Positions 52,601 through 58,698 of a DNA stretch of 64,000 bases are shown here, in pieces. The position numbers and the translations under genes were made by a program. The notes below the pieces were generated by a model that saw only the letters and a program-made list of their open reading frames with translations, had not been told where the DNA came from and made no database searches. Position 1 is the first letter of the stretch; the number at the start of each line of letters is the position of its first letter. This stretch comes from Thermoplasmata archaeon. Lineage in GTDB: Archaea; Thermoplasmatota; Thermoplasmata; Lutacidiplasmatales; UBA184. The DNA lies in contig JAKIWG010000004.1 in NCBI GenBank assembly GCA_022750155.1, positions 20,783-84,782 on the forward strand, written 5' to 3'.

Positions 52601-53543
52601 GGAAAACCTCCACCCACTGGCCCGCGGAGAACTCCCAGGTGTCGTTACAGAGCCCGCCGTTGGGGCAGGAGCTGTTGCGGCCCCCGAACAACAGCAGGTA
52701 GCCGTCGCCGGAGTCATTGGTCATGCTCGCGCCGTATCGCTCCGATGGGGACGCGGTCGGGTAGAGCTCCGTCCAACTGCCGCCCCGGAAGGTCCAAGTC
52801 TGCCCCGCCGAGGCGCACGCGCCGGCGCCATAGGGGCTGTTCCCCGAGGCGAGATAGACCACATACCCGTCGGCGTCGTCGTAGGACAGGCTGGAACCCG
52901 GACAGTTTTCCGGAGAGGGGGCCGTGTATAGGGGGGACCAGTTCCCGGATCGGTAGATCCACGTGTCGTTGCCCGATGGCGCCCCATACGCGCCGGCCGG
53001 GGACCCCAGCAGCAGTACGTAGCCGTCGAACGCGTCGTACGTGAGCTCGAAATCGTAGGCGGATTGAGGAGGGGGGGTTCCTCCGGCCTGACGCCAACTC
53101 GAGGGATTCGCAGCCAGTGCGGCGCGGGAGGCGAGCAACCGTTCGGTCCGACATGCTCCCCCTCCGACCGCCCCATCTCCGTGACAGATCCCTCCCGGGT
53201 GGGCGCCCGAAGGGGCGGCATGATCGAGCGATCGCTGCGCTTCTCGAAGGAGCTCGGACCCGGCCGAGTGGCCCGCGAGCCGGAGGGGTGAGAGAGCGTT
53301 CGGGCCGGCCGTGCCCGCAGTCGCTGCCGTGAGGGAGGCGGCGCTCCCGGAGATGTCCCCCGGGAGGACCAGCAGGGCGACGATCATGGCCGACCCGACG
53401 AACGCGAGGCAACCGGGTCGACCGGTGAGTGACCGGCGTACGGATCGGCGGAGGGCCAACACGACCCGGAGTGCGCGTAGCCCCTTATGCGGCGCTCGCG
53501 TCAAAATGCCGCGAATATTCCGTCGGCACGCTCCGGCGGGCAC
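49674..53543 (-). CDS. Giant surface protein: about 12 Kelch-type blades (two propellers), five Ig-like 'GLPxGC' repeats and a C-terminal TM anchor
   Basis: Recurrent 'DGYVLLFGG...W' blades. Five copies of 'Y.Y.GLP.GC....L.C.P...G.F.V...VTD..G' (putative-Ig/He_PIG-like). Terminal TM helix (WVAIAATGVLGALIGAAV). The ORF maximum starts at GTG 53543. A start near 53462 (GTG TTG) would give a cleaner RR-type signal peptide. Confidence 0.8.
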   Translation of the reverse strand: MPAGACRRNIRGILTRAPHKGLRALRVVLALRRSVRRSLTGRPGCLAFVGSAMIVALLVLPGDISGSAASLTAATAGTAGPNALSPLRLAGHSAGSELLREAQRSLDHAAPSGAHPGGICHGDGAVGGGACRTERLLASRAALAANPSSWRQAGGTPPPQSAYDFELTYDAFDGYVLLLGSPAGAYGAPSGNDTWIYRSGNWSPLYTAPSPENCPGSSLSYDDADGYVVYLASGNSPYGAGACASAGQTWTFRGGSWTELYPTASPSERYGASMTNDSGDGYLLLFGGRNSSCPNGGLCNDTWEFSAGQWVEVFPSHPPSARADAGFAYDAIDGYVVLFGGSSNNVYAPLNDTWRYTAGVWTKLHPSQSPPVPQPDAFTYDASDRAVIYTNAYNWSSYSSQTEITWAFQGGNWSPVSFSTGPRQRLDAATAYDAVDGYLLMFGGAGFTDLSDTWSLHSSIWTNLTRPEPSPRLDASMTYDPTDGYVLLFGGVTCPSSVGSCSPRLLNDSWTFAGGRWTLLQPTTFPTPRDRAGMVYDATDGYVLLFGGGGASGALNDSWEFKSGAWTQLSTNVAPSPRSGQGLVYDEGDGFALLFGGDSLRGTPFANGYRDTWTFRAGTWSNVTASSALAPPASSTNPLAYDSADGYVLLFGTFQATVPGYSWSTSTSQTWGFAGGTWTNLTARAGTAPPSRTGGAMMGDPHDGLVVMFGGSGAGALTWLGDTWAFQNGSWLEGFPPVAPPNRSGAVFTYDPSLTGGVLLGGTNSEGSGVPGLYGPGCLKYVCSDEWTWTRAPASQPSVRSFTASPSTLDVGTLTTIVANVTDSHLPLSYQYAGLPAGCPTADSASLRCKPAVTGNFTIALNVTDSAGNSSGAILPLRVVPGPSLVSFNATPSRLVLGNQTVLQSVVTGGVSPYSYAYAGLPAGCASQDAARLPCTPLALGIFAVNTTVTDADAVVTVAVLSLVVTSAGAVGRPQVTTFSVTPPAVTLGTSTSITAVATGGHGALSYTYTGLPTPCGTADQSQLACVPGAAGTYSIQLTVTDALGESTTLATGLMVYPVTGGGGLVIRGFVPQPDPVYPGESTAFLVNATGGAGPLAYGYSGLPSGCGSLNTSVLPCTPGEVGTFSVWLTVSDSGGDSARARCQLVVGAVGVAAPLVLASFWVDPSPLQLGGTTVLVANWSGGVGPFRFNYSGLPPGCASANAPALTCTPSRTGEYSVGVRVTDASGEVVNGSASLEVLPSAGAAPITGGSDLGGAGWVAIAATGVLGALIGAAVRTIWPRRRPRDPPA

Positions 53544-53573
53544 GCGGGGCGGCCGCCCATCGACGCCGCGTCT

Positions 53574-54200
53574 TCAGATCGCGGCGCCGCAACTCGAACA
53601 TTTCGTCACGGTGGGGGGATTGAGCGTTCCACAGTACCGACACCGGAGCATCACGGCCGGGGCGCCCCCCCCGCCCCCCCCCGCACGGCCCGGGCCGCCT
53701 CCAGCTCCGGCCGGCGGGGGCGGAGCGGCGGCCCGCGCTTGGGTGATCACTCCAAGCCAAACCTCGGCTTCCGGCGTCTCGAACAGGGCCCGTTGTTGAG
53801 GGAGCTCGAGCTCCAGGCGGGCGCGACCGAGCGTGGGCTTGATCGTCAGGGCGTTCTTCAGGCGATGGAGCGGGGCGTCGATCGTCGTCCGAACGATCGG
53901 TTGCCCCTGGGGGCCCTCCGGGACGCGAGCCTCGAACACCACCCGTTGGTTTGTCACGGTCAGGACGCCGTCTCGGTTCCCCTGGGGATTGACGCGTGTC
54001 ACCGGCCCGGTCTTGAGCACCGCCTCGCCCCCGTTGAGCAACATCTCGACCCGATGCCCTCCACCTCGGATCGGTGGGGGCGATGCGGTGTTCACCGAGC
54101 TCTCCTGTATGAAGGTGTCGAGGGGGGAACGAGGATCGGAGTCTCGGCTCACGACGGCCCATGGGGACGGAGCCCTGTCGACAGTTTCGGACGGGTTCAA
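53574..54200 (-). CDS. GRAM/PH-like domain protein with Gly-rich linker and C-terminal zinc ribbon
   Basis: 'GVLTVTNQRVVFE' GRAM/bacterial-PH-like core, a poly-Gly/Pro/Ala linker, then CRYCG...CSSCG. The TTG at 54200 is the ORF maximum. ATG 54044 is a plausible true start. Confidence 0.6.
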   Translation of the reverse strand: MNPSETVDRAPSPWAVVSRDSDPRSPLDTFIQESSVNTASPPPIRGGGHRVEMLLNGGEAVLKTGPVTRVNPQGNRDGVLTVTNQRVVFEARVPEGPQGQPIVRTTIDAPLHRLKNALTIKPTLGRARLELELPQQRALFETPEAEVWLGVITQARAAAPPPPAGAGGGPGRAGGGGGGAPAVMLRCRYCGTLNPPTVTKCSSCGAAI

Positions 54201-54228
54201 GTAGGGCTTCCGGGGCTTTCTCGGCAGG

Positions 54229-55335
54229 GTGGGGTACGTGGAAGGCTCCCTGGCTCCCCCGGGCGCCCTCGGTCAGAGCCCTCACACCCGTTCGGAGGAG
54301 CCGGAGAAGCGGGGTCCACTCCGTCGGTTCACGTCGTATCTCGCCGCCCACCCGATCCTCGCCCTCCTGCTCCTGTCGCCCGGTATCCCCGAATACCTCT
54401 CCTCCTCGAGTTCCGTCACCGCCCTATTGACCGCGCCCCCCGTGTTCCTCCTCTTCCTGGCCTTCAATCTCGGGATGTACGGGCCGGGAGTACTTCTGAT
54501 CCGGGAGGCAAAGATCCGTTGGGGCAAGGGTTGGGCCACGGTGATCCTTCTGGGGGCGGCGTATGCGATACTAGAGGAGGGGATCGCCCTCAGCACGTTC
54601 TTCAATTCCCACGCGAGCGTGGTAGGGGCGCTCGGATCCTACGGACACTTCGCCGGAGTGAGCTGGGTGTGGGTCGCGGGCCTTCTGATGGTCCACATCG
54701 TCTTCAGCATCTCCCTGCCGATCCTTCTCCTTGACCTGGCGCTCCCGAAGACCCGGGGCCGCCCCCTCCTGACGGCGCGGGGGATCCGGTACGTGGTCGG
54801 GATCCTCGCGATCGACATTTTGCTGCTCTTCCTCCTCGTCCTGAAGGGGGAGGGCTTCTGGATGGGGTGGCCCGTGCTGACGGGCAGTCTGCTCGCCATC
54901 GCCGCGCTCGTGCTCGCCGCCCGCATCGCGCCGCCGTCACTTCTCCTCCCGTCGCGGGGCCCGCCTACGGCCCGGCCCTGGGTGTTTGCCCTGCTCGGCC
55001 TCGGCCTGTTCCCGGGGACCCTCGTCATCGAAGGAGTCGGGGGCGCTCGGGGCGCCGCCCCCGTCACCGTCATCGCCGCGCTCGGGCTGTTCTACGCCTT
55101 CCTGTTCTGGATCGCGGCCCGCTGGCTCGGCGATCGGGGGCATGAAGCCCAACTGGTCGCCTTTGCCGCGGGGGTGGTCGGGTTCATCGCATTCTTCGGT
55201 TTCCTTGCGTCGCTTCCCGTTCCGCTGGTCACGGTCGTCGACGCCGCGTTCGGATACCTATTCCTCCAGCTCTGGCGCAGGTACGCGGTCCCGACAGGGC
55301 CTCCGGTGCCTCGCCAGGCAGCGGCGAGCGGCTGA
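54229..55335 (+). CDS. Polytopic membrane protein (about 9 TM helices), unknown family
   Basis: Hydrophobic throughout (ILALLLLSPGIPEYL.., VILLGAAYAILEEGIAL.., LLMVHIVFSISLPILLL..). GTG start. Confidence 0.65.
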   Translation: MGYVEGSLAPPGALGQSPHTRSEEPEKRGPLRRFTSYLAAHPILALLLLSPGIPEYLSSSSSVTALLTAPPVFLLFLAFNLGMYGPGVLLIREAKIRWGKGWATVILLGAAYAILEEGIALSTFFNSHASVVGALGSYGHFAGVSWVWVAGLLMVHIVFSISLPILLLDLALPKTRGRPLLTARGIRYVVGILAIDILLLFLLVLKGEGFWMGWPVLTGSLLAIAALVLAARIAPPSLLLPSRGPPTARPWVFALLGLGLFPGTLVIEGVGGARGAAPVTVIAALGLFYAFLFWIAARWLGDRGHEAQLVAFAAGVVGFIAFFGFLASLPVPLVTVVDAAFGYLFLQLWRRYAVPTGPPVPRQAAASG

Positions 55336-55455
55336 TCCAATCGTTCGGGGCGCCCCAGACGGGGGAAGGAAGGGGTTCGACGGCCCTCTCGGACGGTCGG
55401 GCGTCTTCGGTCGCGGGGCACGCCCGACCCGGCAGGGGGGGCGCGCCGGTCCTAC

Positions 55456-57561
55456 CTACTTGAACGTCGCAGTGACGTTCCCGGTTCCTCCGATGGCCAC
55501 GGTGGTCGTCGCCCAGGTCGGTTGACCGATGGTGAACGGACCTCCCGTCGACCCCCAGGTCTTGAAGTGGACGCTGGTGCTGTTGTACGCTTCGATCGCG
55601 AGCAGCGTGCCCGTGTTGTAGTACGCCGCGCTCGAAGGCGCTACGCTTCCGCCCGTAACTCCGCCGGCCACGAACGTCACCAGGAACTGCTCGACGAAGT
55701 AGAGCTGGACCACCGGTACGTACGTGGGGGTGATGCTTCCCGAGGTAAACCACGCGGCATATTGGGTCCCGTAGCTCGATGCGGCCAGGGGCCCCGCGAT
55801 GCTCCAGTAGCTGTACTGGACGGCGGGAACCGAGACGTTGAGGTCCCAGCCGGAGCTGTAGTACGTGGCCGAATTGAAGACCAGCGACCAGGTCGTTCCC
55901 GCAGGAAGCCCGGCCTGGACGAACTCGACCGTCTTCGTCGGAGACACGAACGTGGCGGTGATGGAGCCCCAGCTTCCTACCGTGACGTAGGTGTCGGCCG
56001 CACTCTTCGACGCGATCGACAGGGTCTTGGAACTCGAGCTCCAGGACTTGAAGTTCCACGCGTCGTTCCCCCAGGCGGTGAGGGCGAACATCGACCCCGC
56101 CGGATACCAGCCACCGTAGTACGGGCTCGTCGAGGCCACCGAGTACGGGGACTGCGGGAAGGAGATCAGGTAGTACGTCTGGAACTGGAGCACTACCGCG
56201 TTCTGGTACGGGACGTTGAAGTACGACGACACGGGGTCGGGCTGGTACGAGGTCCCGGTCGGACCGACGAGGTAGCTCGGGACCGAGAAGGAGAACGCGG
56301 CGGTCACTCCGGTGAACACCATCGTCGTCGTTTTCGAGTAGTACTGAACCCCGCCGATAGTTACGGACCAGGTCGTTCCTGCTGGCAGGCCGAGCGCGTA
56401 GAACATCGACGCGGAATACAGATCGACATTGGCGTAGAACGTCGCCGTGCACTTGGTGCAGGTCGTCCCCGTCGCGAAGTGCGCGGTGATCGTCGCGGGG
56501 CCGGTCGCCGTGACCGTGGTGGCACCGTGCGTCGTGTTCTGGAACGTCACCGAGCTCGACGCGCTGCTCCAACTGGTGAACTTGTAGCCGGAGCTGGCGG
56601 TCGCGGTGACGGGGAGGGCGACGCCGTCCGGATAGTAGGCAGTGGTCGGGGCCGTCGACCCGCCGCCCGTCGGAGTGACGGCGAACGTGAGCTGGTCCTC
56701 CTTGGTGAACACGATCGTCTGCGCCCCGAGGTACGGCATGCTCATGGAGCCGCTCGAAGGCGAGGCGACGTATTCCACCCCGGTCGACCCGGAGACCGCC
56801 GCGATCGACCATCCTTGGCCCCCGACGGAGTGCGACCCGACGGCGACGGTGGACGTCGAGGAGGAGTACGACGCGCCGGAGAAGAACACCGACCAGGTCG
56901 TCCCCGACGGGAGTCCGATCTCATTGAACGACGCGGAGGTCGAGAGCGACTTCATCGTCACCGCGATCGACCCGGTCCCGTTGACGGTCAACAGGGTCGC
57001 TGCGGAGTGGGTGTTGGTGACGAATCCCACCGAATGGGGGACCCTCCAGGAAACAAACGTGTAGCCCGTGTAGTGGCTCGCGGTGATCGGGACCTTGGAC
57101 CCGGCGTTCATCCAGCTGGTGTAACCGGGGTTGGTGAACCCCGAGCCGGGCGGGGTCACGACGAACCCGACCGAGAACTGCTTCTGGTAGACTACTGTCT
57201 GGGTCAGCTGGGTGGGCACGGTCATGTAGGCGGCCGTGAGGCCCGTGGTGGCATAGTTGACCCCGGTCGTACCGGAGACGGCGGAGAAATACCAATAGTA
57301 GGAACCGCTCGAAACTCCCGTGATCGTGAGCGTCGGGGTCGTCGGGGTGTAGGTGACCCCGTTGAAGTAGACGCTCCACGAGGTCCCCGAGGGAACCCCG
57401 ATCTCGGTGAACGTCACAGAGTAGGTCGTGGCCGCGGAAACGAGCCCCGTCGAGAGGGAGCCCATCACCATCAATCCGGCAAACAGTAGCCCGAGTGCGA
57501 GGCCGATCCTGGTAGCGCGTGTCATTTTTTCCTTAGTCTCCTTGGGTGTTGAATGTGCCAT
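55456..57561 (-). CDS. Secreted repeat protein with InlB-B-type repeats and 'GLPSGTxWSV' beta-sandwich modules
   Basis: Signal anchor (RIGLALGLLFAGLMVMG). Four or more modules 'F.E.GLP.GT.WSV.F.G..Y' alternate with 'GY.F.SW' repeats (GYTFVSW, GYKFTSW, WNFKSW, VHFKTW). ATG 57525 (AAGGAGACTAAGGAAAAA upstream) is a likely alternative start. Confidence 0.8.
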   Translation of the reverse strand: MAHSTPKETKEKMTRATRIGLALGLLFAGLMVMGSLSTGLVSAATTYSVTFTEIGVPSGTSWSVYFNGVTYTPTTPTLTITGVSSGSYYWYFSAVSGTTGVNYATTGLTAAYMTVPTQLTQTVVYQKQFSVGFVVTPPGSGFTNPGYTSWMNAGSKVPITASHYTGYTFVSWRVPHSVGFVTNTHSAATLLTVNGTGSIAVTMKSLSTSASFNEIGLPSGTTWSVFFSGASYSSSTSTVAVGSHSVGGQGWSIAAVSGSTGVEYVASPSSGSMSMPYLGAQTIVFTKEDQLTFAVTPTGGGSTAPTTAYYPDGVALPVTATASSGYKFTSWSSASSSVTFQNTTHGATTVTATGPATITAHFATGTTCTKCTATFYANVDLYSASMFYALGLPAGTTWSVTIGGVQYYSKTTTMVFTGVTAAFSFSVPSYLVGPTGTSYQPDPVSSYFNVPYQNAVVLQFQTYYLISFPQSPYSVASTSPYYGGWYPAGSMFALTAWGNDAWNFKSWSSSSKTLSIASKSAADTYVTVGSWGSITATFVSPTKTVEFVQAGLPAGTTWSLVFNSATYYSSGWDLNVSVPAVQYSYWSIAGPLAASSYGTQYAAWFTSGSITPTYVPVVQLYFVEQFLVTFVAGGVTGGSVAPSSAAYYNTGTLLAIEAYNSTSVHFKTWGSTGGPFTIGQPTWATTTVAIGGTGNVTATFK

Positions 57562-57668
57562 CGGCCCCCCGGGACGAGCCCGAGGCTCGCCGAAAGCGGC
57601 CCACCATGAAATCGCAATTATATGACGACTGTGACTCCGACCGACGAAGATTAACCCAAACGGGCTGG

Positions 57669-57690
57669 ATTCGTCGCGCCCGCGACGAAT
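57669..57690. promoter_or_regulatory. Perfect 10-bp inverted repeat ATTCGTCGCG-cc-CGCGACGAAT upstream of the TrmB-like gene
   Basis: Read directly from the sequence. It ends 27 bp upstream of ATG 57717, inside the divergent region shared with the repeat-protein gene. Confidence 0.45.
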
Positions 57691-57716
57691 GGTCGCCGGG
57701 TCGCACGGAACGCTCG

Positions 57717-58622
57717 ATGAATCCTCCCACCTCGACCGGGATCGTCCGGTCGCTTCACGAGCTGCTCGAACTCGACCCCTCCCTGTCCTCCACCGATGCC
57801 AAGGTGCTCGAGGTCCTCATGCTCGAGCCGCGCCCATTCTCGGCGCGCGAGATCAGCCGCTCGACCCGGACCAATCTGCAGGGGCTGTACAGTTCCCTCG
57901 AACGGCTCGTCGCCCGGGGGCTGGTCGCCCGGGCCGACGGGAGCCCGGCGATGACCTTCCTCGCGGCCAATCCGAAAGTGGTGCTCCACGAGCTGCTCGG
58001 TCCGTTCCGCCGTGCCCGGGAGCTGGTCGAGGAGCTGGAGGGCCCCCTGAGGATCCTCTATGGGTCCCCGGGGAGGTCCGCCCGACCCCACGTATCGTCG
58101 GGACCCACGAGCACTGGGTCGAGCGCGGCGGCCACCAGCTGGCTCCTGGACCGGCTGGCGATCGGCCGACAGGAGGTCTGGTTCCTCGGGAGCGAGACCC
58201 CGTGGTTCGGCCCGTCGCTCGCGGTGGAGTCGGAGCTCGCCATCGACCCCCCCGACGGTCGGCGTGGGGCGGTCCGACTGCTGGTCCGATCTCCCCCGAA
58301 GGACGACCCCCGGCGGCTCCAGCACGGTCGATTGAGGCGCGAGGGGGTGGAGGTCCGATATTCCCCGCGATTCTCGACGCCCGCGGTCATCATCGACCGC
58401 GCATGGATGCTGATGCGTTCGGGAGCGATATCTGCGGGCGCAGGCGGGAACGGAGCCTACGTGAGGCTGGAGACCCCGGAGCTCTGCGCGGACCTGGCCG
58501 ACGCGGCCGAACAGGAATGGCAGAGATCCCCCGATCCTACGGGCCGCGAAGAGGTCCGGCGGAGACCCACTCCCGATCGCCCGTCGGAGGGCAGCCCGCG
58601 GCGGGGACCGGACCCCCGGTGA
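57717..58622 (+). CDS. TrmB-family transcriptional regulator (wHTH plus C-terminal effector-like domain)
   Basis: 'DAKVLEVLMLEPRPFSAREISRSTRTNLQGLYSSLERLVARGLVARADGSPAMTFLA' is a TrmB-type wHTH. Start trimmed to ATG 57717. Confidence 0.7.
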   Translation: MNPPTSTGIVRSLHELLELDPSLSSTDAKVLEVLMLEPRPFSAREISRSTRTNLQGLYSSLERLVARGLVARADGSPAMTFLAANPKVVLHELLGPFRRARELVEELEGPLRILYGSPGRSARPHVSSGPTSTGSSAAATSWLLDRLAIGRQEVWFLGSETPWFGPSLAVESELAIDPPDGRRGAVRLLVRSPPKDDPRRLQHGRLRREGVEVRYSPRFSTPAVIIDRAWMLMRSGAISAGAGGNGAYVRLETPELCADLADAAEQEWQRSPDPTGREEVRRRPTPDRPSEGSPRRGPDPR

Positions 58623-58667
58623 ACCGCGACCCGCCGACAGGGAGGGGCGGTTCCGCCGTTCCGCGGA

Positions 58668-58675
58668 GATAAGTA
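58668..58675 (+). promoter_or_regulatory. TATA-like box GATAAGTA for the PNGase-A-like surface protein gene
   Basis: 24-31 bp upstream of ATG 58699. Confidence 0.4.
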
Positions 58676-58698
58676 GACCCTCGCCTGTCGAGCGGAGA

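Noticed and set aside
53640-53700. Runs of G and C (ggggcgcccccccgcccccccccgc...) considered as a G-quadruplex, a slippery regulatory tract or an assembly artefact.
   Set aside because: The tract is in frame and encodes the Gly/Pro/Ala linker of the PH/zinc-ribbon protein. I see no evidence from the sequence alone for phase variation. Read-level inspection would still be prudent.
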